From the NCBI GenBank assembly GCA_000092065.1, contig CP000591.1: 64,000 nt of DNA; one strand, 5' to 3'. Source of the DNA: Ostreococcus lucimarinus. Taxonomy: Eukaryota. Every line of letters begins with the position of its first letter. The stretch's first letter is position 1. Of the stretch, positions 17,841-27,280 are shown piece after piece. A program made the position numbers and the translations under genes. The notes below the pieces were generated by a model. It did no database searches, was not told the origin of the DNA, and saw only the letters and a list, made by a program, of their open reading frames with translations.

Positions 17841-19970
17841 CTAGTTGAAATCTCGCGCGAGACTAAAGTGAAAACGCGCATTTCCTTGATCATTTTTCGC
17901 GTAATCGAAGCGAATTGGTAACCCGCCGGTCTCGAACATACCTGCAACGCCATAACTGTATCCGCTTCCAGGCTTGCCGCGCGTGCCCGCGGGATCGCCG
18001 AGCACCGAACCGCCGCTGTGCAAATCGCTTCCGTAATCGAAAAACGCCGCGCCGGTAATCGTGGGGGTGACCGGCACGCGCATCTCGGCGCTACCGACGA
18101 CGTACTTGCGCCCCGTACCGATGGCACCGTCGTTATATCCACGAACGCTCGACGTCCCACCGATAGCGAAGGCTTCGTAAGGAGGCAAATCGCCGACGAC
18201 AGATCCGCCTTTGGAACTCAAAACGAGCTGCACCGGCCCGGGCAGGCTACCCACCGACAGCAAGTTGAAGGATCGCTTGGCTTTGGCAACCATGCGTGTG
18301 TAGTTGAGCCACTGCGGCTGTACAGGGAGCGCCTGCTCGGCGCTTAACATGAGCTGCGCCGCGTTTGGTCCGCCGTAAGTGAAACGCATTTGCGCCGCCA
18401 ACGCGGTGTCGCATTTCGTACCGCTAAACGTCACCGGGGCACCGTAAGCGTCGAAAAGAGAGTGATTCCCGTCGTTATCTAACACCCCGGTTCGTTTGAA
18501 ATCCACGGAAAACATCCCATTCCATCCATTCAGCAGCGGTCGCGAGTGTTCGACCGACGTCTGAAGCCTTTGTAACGACATTTCGCTCAAGCCCGGGGAC
18601 GTGATGTCGGGTTGGTCGCCGTCGACGTTTGTCGAGTTGACACCGTGTGTAGATCGCATACTACTGCTCTCACTACGCACTGACATCGCTCTGGACGTGC
18701 GCGTCGGTCCGAACCCTACCCAAGGGTCTTGGTACTGCAAATTCACTTGTGGACGCACGACGGTGAGACCTCGACCTCCTTTTCGCGGCGTCGCCTCGAC
18801 GCCGAGGTTGAGCATCTTGCCTTGACCGAACAAGTTCGTGTGAAAGGCGCTAAAATGCCCGGCGATGCCACTAAATATGCCCTCAGATAAGCCCCTGGCG
18901 GACATGCCGCCCCCGCACGTGACACCCTTCATCGACTTTTCTTTAAGCGACACCAACAGCGTGCGCTTGCCGAGCGGTCCAGGTTTCGGTAACATGTTGA
19001 TTTGTGGCTCGCCGAATCGCGGATTTTGCGCGCGAAATCGGTCGATGGTCTCGCGCACGCGCATACCATTCAAAACTTTGGTAGTCTTGATGTTTTCAAA
19101 GTACGGCATGACGCTGTCAACCTTACTCAACACCTTGTTTTCCTTCCCCGTCTTGGCGTCGATGGACGGATCGATCTCCACCTTGACGTCATTGATGTCC
19201 ACATCGACGAAACCGAGACGCAAAACCCCATCGCTCGGTTCTTCCAGCAAAGAAATCCCTTCGATCGAGTCGATTCCTCGCTTACTTTCCGCGTAAGCCT
19301 TGAAGTACTCCACCGCGCCAGAGACGTGATTCGAGTTAATCGGCTTCCCCATCATCGGCCGAAACGTCTCCTCCACCACCTTTGCCGGCACCGCCTCCAA
19401 ACCTTGCAACTCGACTCCGCGCAATATTTCGAACGGCACGACCTCAAATGTCACGCGCATTCCATCTCGAGTGTCCTTCGCGAGCGCACGAACGCTCTTA
19501 AAGATCCCCAACTCGCTCTTAATCACGTGGCTCTCCCCGGCGACTTCGCGCGCGCGATAGGAATAATTCGGCTTGAGCGTCATGACCTCCCGTATCGCCG
19601 CCTCTTGCGCGGGCGTCGCCCCGACGATATCAAATGCACATATTAACAGCGCTTTATCCACGTCAAACGTCGTCACGTCGACGCCGTGTTCGCTCTTCGC
19701 GCTCGAGCGCGGCGCCGGCGCCGCGGCGCCGTTCGCGTCCGCCGAGTCTTTACGCCCACGCGCGATTTCTGCAATCTTACGCCCCGGTGCGACGTTCGAG
19801 CGACGCGTAGTGGTGTTCTCCGTCGTCGCGCGCGACGACGCGCTCGCGAGGGCGCCTCGAGAGCGCGCGACGACGCGACGAAGCGTCGATCGCATCGCAT
19901 CCAGGCTGGGCGTCCGCGCGTTCGCGCGCGGTCCGCGCGGCGCTTCGGCGCTTCGGCGGGCGTCGGACAT
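17841..19970 (-). CDS. Plastid outer-envelope Omp85-family protein (Toc75/OEP80-like) with POTRA domains and a beta-barrel.
   Basis: Omp85 motifs AFAIGGTSSVRGY and GYSYGVAGMFETGGLPIRFDYA, C-terminal ...FHFSLARDFN. ATG at 19970 (MSDARRSAEAPRG..., transit-like). The ORF-track start at 20105 is a TTG. Confidence 0.8.
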   Translation of the reverse strand: MSDARRSAEAPRGPRANARTPSLDAMRSTLRRVVARSRGALASASSRATTENTTTRRSNVAPGRKIAEIARGRKDSADANGAAAPAPRSSAKSEHGVDVTTFDVDKALLICAFDIVGATPAQEAAIREVMTLKPNYSYRAREVAGESHVIKSELGIFKSVRALAKDTRDGMRVTFEVVPFEILRGVELQGLEAVPAKVVEETFRPMMGKPINSNHVSGAVEYFKAYAESKRGIDSIEGISLLEEPSDGVLRLGFVDVDINDVKVEIDPSIDAKTGKENKVLSKVDSVMPYFENIKTTKVLNGMRVRETIDRFRAQNPRFGEPQINMLPKPGPLGKRTLLVSLKEKSMKGVTCGGGMSARGLSEGIFSGIAGHFSAFHTNLFGQGKMLNLGVEATPRKGGRGLTVVRPQVNLQYQDPWVGFGPTRTSRAMSVRSESSSMRSTHGVNSTNVDGDQPDITSPGLSEMSLQRLQTSVEHSRPLLNGWNGMFSVDFKRTGVLDNDGNHSLFDAYGAPVTFSGTKCDTALAAQMRFTYGGPNAAQLMLSAEQALPVQPQWLNYTRMVAKAKRSFNLLSVGSLPGPVQLVLSSKGGSVVGDLPPYEAFAIGGTSSVRGYNDGAIGTGRKYVVGSAEMRVPVTPTITGAAFFDYGSDLHSGGSVLGDPAGTRGKPGSGYSYGVAGMFETGGLPIRFDYAKNDQGNARFHFSLARDFN

Positions 19971-20346
19971 GGTCGTCGACGATCCCGCTCGCAAAGTGCG
20001 TCGTTCGGTGCGCGAGCGGCCGCGCGCGAGTCGCGCGCCGAGTTTTGGCGGTTGGGCGCGCGCATCTTGCGCGCCTGGGCGCGCGCGGCGGTTGAGTCGC
20101 GGCAATGACTTCGATTCAGAATAGACGTATTTTACAGGTTCTCGAAAACTAAAGCTTAAAGAGGCGCTCAGTCAGCTGCACCACCGCGCGCGCGCGCGAT
20201 GGAACTTGAATGTGGCTCGAATGACTCGGTTGTATTGGTCGAGATTCGAGAGAGGCACCGACGTCCGTCGGTCGCCAGACTAGGAGAAATCAACGTGAAG
20301 TCGCGCTTGCGCGCGATAATAACAGGGCTTAATTGTCGCCGACTGC

Positions 20347-21680
20347 TTAGTCTTCGTCGACATTGCGCAAATCGAACATACGCTCGAGTGCGTGCATATT
20401 GACGAGGGTCAAAGCGACGGCGGTGGGGTCGGAGCCATCCGAGCGAAGCGCCGCCATCGGGCCGTGCAAAATCTTGTTGATGATGCCCCGGGAGAGTTCC
20501 TCGACGGCCTTCTTTTGCTTGTTCGTCAACCCATCGCCGAGCTTGGTCATAGCCTTATCCAATTCCGCGCTACGGATATTTTCAGCCTTTTGACGCAAGC
20601 GCTTGATCGTCGGGACGGTTTCCAAGCTATCTCTCCACGCCTCGAAGTTGCGTTGCTCCTCTAATAAAAGCGCTTCAGCCTCGAGACCCGCGGCTTCGCG
20701 CTTCGCCTTGTTGATCTCAGCGAGTTCCTTCAGGTCGTCAACGTTGTAAACCAGCGTGTTGGGGTCTTCGCAGCAGTTAGCGTCCACGTTACGCGGCACG
20801 GCAATGTCCACCAAGCGACGCTTGCCGCCGACGGCGTCGCCGCACACCGACATCTTGGCCAAGTCGTCCTTGCAAATGATCGGATCGACCGCGCTGGAGG
20901 CTGTGAAAATCACGTCATGCTCGCCCGCGAGCGTCAGGAACTGATCCATGAGTTCGATACGCATATTAACCTCCGGGAACTCTTCTGCGAGCGCCTCGGC
21001 GCGCGGCTTGGTACGGTTCACGATGGTCATCTCCGTGCAGCGCTTGGACGCCAAGTGCTTGACCAAGAGCTTGGACATCGTCCCCGCACCGACGATGAGC
21101 ACCCTGACGCCTTCGAACGATTGCGAAGGAAGCTTCATCTGCACCAGCTCAGCCGCGGCGGAAGACACAGACACGGCGCCAGAGGCGATGGAAGTCTCGC
21201 TGCGCACGCGCTTCCCGGCGGTGATGGCCGCCTTGAACAACCCAGTCAAGTGGCGACCAAACGCCTTTTCACTTTCACCCATCGCGAATACGCTCTTCAC
21301 CTGCGCCAAGATTTGTCCTTCACCCATCACAACCGAATCCAACCCACCCGAAACCTTCAACAAATGTCCCGTGGACTCGCGATCCTTGAGCACAAACAAG
21401 TGCTCGCGAAGCGACTCCACATCCACGCCCGAGTGCTTCACCATCCACTCCTCGACCTCCTTCAACCCACGCTCGTAGCTCAGCGCCACGACGTAAATCT
21501 CCATGCGATTACACGTCGACAGGATCCCAGCCTCCTCGATGTGTGGATACGCGCAAAGCTCCGCCACCGCATCGTTCCAAGCCTCCGGCGGCACCGCCAT
21601 CTTTTCCCGAATCTCCACCGGGCAGTTGTGAATGCTCAATCCCACCGTCACGATGGACGACTTGCGTTCGCTCTCGTACG
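20347..21680 (-). CDS. HEMA: Glutamyl-tRNA reductase (GluTR, HemA), exon 2.
   Basis: YESERKSSIVTVGLSIHNCPVEIREKMAVPPEAW matches plant GluTR ([34 protein letters not shown]). The NADPH-binding and dimerisation regions are present. The acceptor ...TTTTGTCGAACGCAG| ends at 21681. Confidence 0.85.
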
Positions 21681-21935
21681 CTGCGTTCGACAAAATCACC
21701 ACCAACCGTCAGTCTCGCGTTCCTTTTCACATTTCGCGCGCGCTTCCTCGCCGTGCATCGCGTCTCACGATCTCCAAACGCCCTCGGCCTCGCTCGGTCG
21801 CCCGCGCGTCGGGCAAATCACTGGATAAGCCCGTCGCCGTATCTTCCCCGATCGCGTCTCCGCGCGCGTCCACCGCCGCGCGTCGAGTTTGAGCGCTTCT
21901 ACGAGACGAACGAAACGAACGAAAACTACACGTAC
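21681..21935 (-). other. Spliceosomal intron (255 nt) in the HEMA gene, GTACGT...CAG.
   Basis: Found by aligning plant GluTR across the exon 1-2 junction. Donor C|GTACGTGTAG. Pyrimidine-rich acceptor ...GATTTTGTCGAACGCAG. Confidence 0.6.
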
Positions 21936-22185
21936 GATTTCCTCCGAGCGCGGCGAGCGCCTCGAGCGCCTTGCTCGAATCCACCACCGCGTCGCTCACC
22001 CCCGCCGGACGCAGCGTCACCGCATCGCGTGTCGGGCGTTGCACCTGCATCGGCTTCGTTTGGTCTCCCTGCGGCGTCTCGCTGTCCACGACCGCGCGCA
22101 ACGCGTGACGAAAGTTTTTCTTCGTCGGTTTTCGCGTCGCGCGGGCGCCGACGGCGATCGCGCGCGGTGCGAGCGCGGCGGACAT
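21936..22185 (-). CDS. HEMA: Glutamyl-tRNA reductase exon 1, encoding the plastid transit peptide.
   Basis: ATG at 22185. MSAALAPRAIAVGARATRK... is S/A/R-rich. ...SSKALEALAALGGN aligns with plant ..SALEQLKNSA. The donor C|GTACGT is at 21935. The intron 21681-21935 (255 nt) is phase 1, and the join gives ...GGNP-YESERKSS. Confidence 0.6.
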
Positions 22186-22440
22186 GGCGACGGTGGCGAT
22201 GCGATGCGTCGGTCGCGGGATTCGCTCTGCGACGGCGTCACGCGCGCGCGATGCCGATCGGCGCTCGGTCGCGGGCGCTCGGTGCGAGGCGAACGGACGT
22301 GCGCCGGCGTCGGCGCGAACTGTCGCGGGTCGCGCCGGCGTCGCGCGGGGACGTGTGCGGATGCGCGCAAGCCAGGGTTGGCGCCCGCGTCGTTCCCGTC
22401 GGACTAGCTGGATTCATCGCGCATTCGGACATTCGGAACG

Positions 22441-22520
22441 TGTTTTAGGTGTATTTATGTCTGTATGTAATTATGTACATCTTCGTGATTTTGGTCGTAA
22501 TCAAACGTGTGCGGGTGCTT
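22441..22520. promoter_or_regulatory. AT-rich intergenic island between the HEMA 5' end and the EGY-like 3' end. Likely contains the HEMA promoter and/or the EGY-like 3'UTR.
   Basis: Local GC drops sharply: tttaggtgtatttatgtctgtatgtaattatgtacatcttcgtgattttgg. The rest of the window is ~65-70% GC. Confidence 0.4.
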
Positions 22521-22661
22521 TGTGGAATGTCTCTGAAAATATCCTGCGGCGATCGGCGAGATCTCATCTCGAGATCTCGGCTCGCTCGAGCCCGCGAGGG
22601 CGTCGACGACGCGGCGCGGCTTCGATGTTCGATGCGGTGCGGTCACAAAACTGAATGCGGA

Positions 22662-24743
22662 TTAAAACTGAATATTGGCGATCTCGCTCGCGGTGGAAGA
22701 GACGTCCACGGGACCTGGGAGTAAGACGAGGAAGGCGACGGCGATGAGCGCGAAGGCGAGCGTGGCGCGGCCGTCGTCCACCTCGGTGACGTCGTCCTTG
22801 GGCGCGAATTCAGGCGTGCGTTGCGTGAGGACGATGTAAATGGCCCACGGTAACGCTAATGAACTGGCTATGATGCCGAAACTGAGCCCGATGTACGTAC
22901 CGAGGGAGGTGGCACCCAAGACGCGACGGCCGAACGCCGTTTGCGTCATGCGACCGCCGTCGATGGAACCGACGGGGAGCAAGTTTAGGGCTTGCGTCGT
23001 CAGCGCGCACCAGCCTGCGATGAAGTACGGATGCACCATCACACCCTTGGCGCCTGCGTGTAAGAAGAGTTGCGAGATGCCGCCGAGTAAGAGACTAGAG
23101 TTGAACAACGCGTTGGGAATGGGAATCAAATCCGGGCTGTCGCCGCCCATGGAGAGCGTCAAGCCGTACACGAACAAGTTCAGGGCAACCATACCTCCCG
23201 CAACGGGACCCGCAGCGGCGACGTCGAAGAGATCAGCGCGAGTTTCCGGCGTGCTCTTGATTTGCGTCAGCGTCCCGAACGTGCCGAGCTGGGAGTTCGG
23301 GATGAGAAAGGGAATGCCGATTTTAATCTTGCGCATGAAAGCCGCGATTTGATGTCCGACTTCGTGACCGACGCTCGCCGCCATGACGCCGATCGTCACG
23401 GGAAGCGCCGATTCGACGTACGCGACGGAGTCAAAGTTCTCCAACCCGGGTGGTAGAGCACCCTCGGGCAGTTCGACGTCGCCGGCTTGTTGCAACCAAG
23501 ACATCGTCTCCGGCGGGAGCTTGGACACCTCTGCCACCAAGCCGAGCTGCACGGCGGACCCGACGGTGAGACCCATGAGCGCCAATGCGAGAAGATACTG
23601 CCATCCCGCCGTGCCCGGACTCGGGCCCGCGCGATCGCTCGGGACGATGAGAAAACTCACGCGCGGACCGTACTTCGAGTCGATGGCGACGTCTCCGCTC
23701 GGACCATCCTCTCCCGGCGGTTCTTCAAGCATGAACGCCGTGTACTCGCCGTTGAACATGCGTTCAAGATCGGCTTGCACGGTTTCCCACACCTTGGCGC
23801 GCTCGGTGCGCAAGTTACCTTTGAATAATACCCCAGCTCCGTTCATCTCCGCCCCCAAGTTCTCCACGGCGGTGACGTAAAATGTTTGCATGCCAAAAAT
23901 TTCCTTCTTGATCCGCTCCACATCCTTCGGCGCGATCGCCGCCTCCTCGGGAGACTCCAAGATGTTCACTAACTTACTGAACGACGCCTGGAGCTCGGGG
24001 TCTTCATCCGCTTTCTTCCCCGACGCCTTATTCTTGCTCGCCCTGGCGCTCAAGTCGTTCAGAACCTTTTCCAACTCCTCGCCTTTGTCTTTCCCCAATC
24101 CCTGCCTCTGCGTCTCCGCATTCTTCAGCGCCTCCAGCGCTTGCGGGCTTATCGACGTGCCACTCACTCCCTCGTCCGAGCTCCCATCGTCCACCGAAGA
24201 CGCCGCGTCCTCGTCCGTGGACGGCTGTCGCAGCGTCGCTCGAAACGCCGCCTCTTCCTCCTCCTTCGCCTTCGCCTCCGCCTCGCTGTCGATCCCGAGC
24301 AACGCGTCCAAATCGCTCAGCGTCGTCTTCATGTCCACCGGCTCCAAATCCGACGACCCACTCACGTTCGGCGTCCAATCACCGCTCGCGTTCGCGTTCG
24401 CGTTCGCGTTCGCGTCTTCGGGTTTCCCCGTCGCCGCGCCGTCGTCGTCCCCGTCCGGCTTTTCGTCCTCCTCCCGCGCCTCGCCCTCGTCCCGGCTGAA
24501 GAACTTTTTCAAAAACCGCGCGCGCGTCGCGTCGCCGCGCCTTCGCGCGCCGCCGTCGCGCCGCGCCGCCGTCGCCATCGCCGACGTGGTCGATCGAGCG
24601 TCGTCATCTCTCTCGCGCGCCCTCGCGAGTCCATCGATCGCGCGTCGCGGTCGCGCCGCGCGCGTCGCGCACCGTCGCGTCGTCGCGCGACCGCGCGGCG
24701 CGGCGAGCGCGCGCATCGGCGCGCGCGCGGTCGTCATCGCCAT
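22662..24743 (-). CDS. EGY-like site-2-protease family membrane metalloprotease (peptidase M50) with a transit-like, low-complexity N-terminus.
   Basis: HExxH in SVGHEVGHQIAAF. NLLPVGSIDGGRM is an S2P LDG-type motif. Multiple TM segments. ATG at 24743 (MAMTTARAPMRALAAPRG...). The track ORF continues upstream to 25535; I consider that extension spurious. Confidence 0.75.
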   Translation of the reverse strand: MAMTTARAPMRALAAPRGRATTRRCATRAARPRRAIDGLARARERDDDARSTTSAMATAARRDGGARRRGDATRARFLKKFFSRDEGEAREEDEKPDGDDDGAATGKPEDANANANANASGDWTPNVSGSSDLEPVDMKTTLSDLDALLGIDSEAEAKAKEEEEAAFRATLRQPSTDEDAASSVDDGSSDEGVSGTSISPQALEALKNAETQRQGLGKDKGEELEKVLNDLSARASKNKASGKKADEDPELQASFSKLVNILESPEEAAIAPKDVERIKKEIFGMQTFYVTAVENLGAEMNGAGVLFKGNLRTERAKVWETVQADLERMFNGEYTAFMLEEPPGEDGPSGDVAIDSKYGPRVSFLIVPSDRAGPSPGTAGWQYLLALALMGLTVGSAVQLGLVAEVSKLPPETMSWLQQAGDVELPEGALPPGLENFDSVAYVESALPVTIGVMAASVGHEVGHQIAAFMRKIKIGIPFLIPNSQLGTFGTLTQIKSTPETRADLFDVAAAGPVAGGMVALNLFVYGLTLSMGGDSPDLIPIPNALFNSSLLLGGISQLFLHAGAKGVMVHPYFIAGWCALTTQALNLLPVGSIDGGRMTQTAFGRRVLGATSLGTYIGLSFGIIASSLALPWAIYIVLTQRTPEFAPKDDVTEVDDGRATLAFALIAVAFLVLLPGPVDVSSTASEIANIQF

Positions 24744-24780
24744 TCCGCGTCGCCGTCTGACGATGCTGCGGTGCGCGCGC

Positions 24781-24788
24781 GCGCCGAC

Positions 24789-24825
<37 letters not shown>
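24781..24825. repeat. Hexanucleotide microsatellite (CGCCGA)n.
   Basis: cgccgacgccgacgccgacgccgacgccgacg. It encodes the (GV)n stretch RVGVGVGVGVGGVG in the antisense ORF-track extension upstream of the EGY-like start. Confidence 0.7.
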
Positions 24826-25010
24826 GGCGCGCGCGCGCGCGTCCGCCGCGCGTCGACGCGCGCGCGCGCGCTCGACGACGACGACGCGCGACGCGATTCG
24901 AGATTCGCGAGCGAGGACGAGCGCCGACGCGCCGTCGAGCGGCTCGCGCCGCCGAAGCGCGACGGCGATCGCGCCAAGCCGCGCCTGCGCGAGCTCGGAA
25001 AGAAGCGCGC

Positions 25011-25614
25011 GATGGGATTTACGAGCGGCGCGGCGTCGAGCGGGGAGGCGCGAGAGGCGGCGCGAAGGGCGAGGCTGGAGAGGCGAGACGCGCGAGCGAC
25101 GCGCGAGTCGAGAGAAATCATGTCGGCGATGCGCGACGCGCTGGACGCGTGGGAGAGCGAGATCGATGGGATGACGGATTTCGCGCGCGCGAGCGTCTTG
25201 GAACAGGCGTCGACGGCGACGGAGATGTTCGAGAGGCTTCGAGACGAAGGGTTCGGCGCGGTCGAGAGCGCCTTCGCGGTGATGAGCTGGATGGACGACG
25301 CGATCGAGGACGCCGCGGCGCGCGCGGACGAGGACGCGGCGACGTCGACGTCGACGTCGAAGGAACGGGTCGAGGACGCGTCGAAGGCGTCGAAGTCGAA
25401 AACGGCGCCGGACGGCGTCGTCGGCGCGCTCTCCGACGCGCTGAGACAATGGTTCGCGATAGACATCACAGAGTTGGAGGATGGTCGCAAATCGATCGTC
25501 GTCAACGCGAGCGCGGAGTTTTTAGCGGTTTTCATTCTGCTTCTCGTCGCGTCGGCGCACTTTGGCGGTGAGTTAGTGAGCGACTTCTTGGCGCCCGACC
25601 CGCTGCTGCGGTGA
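25011..25614 (+). CDS. Hypothetical acidic protein with a C-terminal TM helix.
   Basis: ATG at 25011 (MGFTSGAASS...). C-terminal helix ...AEFLAVFILLLVASAHFGG. It is the 3' part of a 574-aa track ORF whose 5' part is antisense to the EGY-like gene. Weak support. Confidence 0.3.
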
Positions 25615-25795
25615 GCTCGGAACGAGTTCGGGAACGAGTCGCGGACGATGAATGAGTTGGGAATAGCGTGCGTTTAGAATCGCGCGAGTTTAGCATCGAC
25701 GATAGCAGCGGTCGACCCGACGCGGTTGTAACGCACGACGACGACGACGACGACGCGCCCGCGGCGCCAGCAGCGCCGCACATCGCGACGTCGAG

Positions 25796-27079
25796 ATGTC
25801 TCGTCGCGCGGTCGACGCCGCGCGCGACGACCGAGTCGTGTCGTGCGATGACGACGTCGACTCGCGTTCGCTCGCGTCCGATCCGTCGCGCGCGTCCACG
25901 TCGCACGCGGCGACGACGGATTTCGCCGTGCTCTTGCACCCGACCGCGCACTTCATCCTCGTCGCCGCGGCCACTATTGGCTCGCTCGCGCTGTACGGCG
26001 TCTTGCAAGAGCGCGTGATGACGATTCCGTACGCGCGCGAGCGCGGTGAGAGCGTGGCGCTGGGCCGTGGCGATGGCGGCGACGGCGGCGCGTTGGCTCG
26101 GGCGTTGCGAGGGGCGTTCACGCGCCGCGGCGAGACGAGCGCGGCCGAGGACGCGCCATCGAAGGAGGACGTATTCACGTGCAGCATGTTTCTAGTTTTC
26201 ATGAATCGCTGGGTCGCGCTCGCGTCCTCGGGGGCGTTGGCGATGGTGACGGGATGGGGCGGAGGCGCGACGCGCGGCGGCGCCAAGGATTACGCCGCGG
26301 TGTCCTTTAGTAATCTCGTCGCCACGGTGTGTCAGTACGAGGTGCTGAAGTACTTGACGTACAGCGTGAGCACGCTCGCTAAGACGATGAAGGTGGTGCC
26401 GGTGATGATTTGGGGACAGTTTTTAGGAGAGAAGAAATTTACGTCGCGAGAATACTTTGACGCGGCGGTGATGACGTTCGGATGTTTCGTCTTCGTCGCC
26501 AATCGTGGTTGGCGCAGCGCGGTGCAGAAGCGATACGAGGGTGAGTACGACGAATCGTCCTTGGAATGGGCCGCCAACGCCGGTTTTCTGATATTGGCTG
26601 TGTACTTTGTCTTCGACGGCTTCACGTCGACGTTTCAACAAAAGATGTACCGCCGAGATGGCGTCACGGTTACGGCACAAGTATTCTTCACGTCATTTTT
26701 CACAACCGTATTCGGGTTCGCTTGGCTCGTCATCACCGACCAGCTTTCGCCCTCGATTCGGTTCGTGCACGACCACCCAGCGATCGTTGGCGACATTTTA
26801 TTATTGAGCTGCGCGTCCACCGTCGCGCAATTCAGCATCGCGTACACCATCAAGAGCTACTCCGCCGTCATCTTAGCCTCCATCATGACGTTCCGCCAAT
26901 TCCTCAGCGTCCTCATCAGCTGCTACGTGTTCAGTTCGCCGCTCAACGTCGTGCAGTGGCTCGGCATCTTGCTCATACTCGCCCCCTTGACGTTCAAGCA
27001 CGTCGCCTTCGCGAATTGGGCCGAATCCGCGCACCCGTCGTCGTCCAAATCCGACGACGATCGCTTGAACGCCCTGTAA
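25796..27079 (+). CDS. UAA/SLC35B-family nucleotide-sugar/PAPS transporter.
   Basis: ATG at 25796. Multi-TM. Characteristic of the SLC35B UAA transporter family: MFLVFMNRWVALASSGALAM..., KTMKVVPVMIWGQFLGEKKF, FRQFLSVLISCYVFSSPLNVVQWLG. Confidence 0.75.
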   Translation: MSRRAVDAARDDRVVSCDDDVDSRSLASDPSRASTSHAATTDFAVLLHPTAHFILVAAATIGSLALYGVLQERVMTIPYARERGESVALGRGDGGDGGALARALRGAFTRRGETSAAEDAPSKEDVFTCSMFLVFMNRWVALASSGALAMVTGWGGGATRGGAKDYAAVSFSNLVATVCQYEVLKYLTYSVSTLAKTMKVVPVMIWGQFLGEKKFTSREYFDAAVMTFGCFVFVANRGWRSAVQKRYEGEYDESSLEWAANAGFLILAVYFVFDGFTSTFQQKMYRRDGVTVTAQVFFTSFFTTVFGFAWLVITDQLSPSIRFVHDHPAIVGDILLLSCASTVAQFSIAYTIKSYSAVILASIMTFRQFLSVLISCYVFSSPLNVVQWLGILLILAPLTFKHVAFANWAESAHPSSSKSDDDRLNAL

Positions 27080-27280
27080 TCCACGCTCTCTCGCGCCCGC
27101 GTTCGCCTCGAATCGCGCGCGCGCCGTCGCCATCGCTCTCATCCGTCGTCGTCCGGCGTCGTCGTTCGAGATTCGTCGTTCGAGTCGCGTCCCTCGGCGC
27201 GGCGTCTTTGAATCCCCGTTCGAGCTGTCGGTGCGACATCGATCGTCATCATCGGACGCGTCGCGTCGCGCGCGGCGCGC

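Noticed and set aside
22441-22520. TGTAA-type polyadenylation signals as systematic 3'-end markers.
   Set aside because: TGTAA is present 15 nt downstream of the MCM2 stop (sense strand), but absent from most other 3' regions examined. That is too inconsistent to annotate poly(A) signals from sequence alone.
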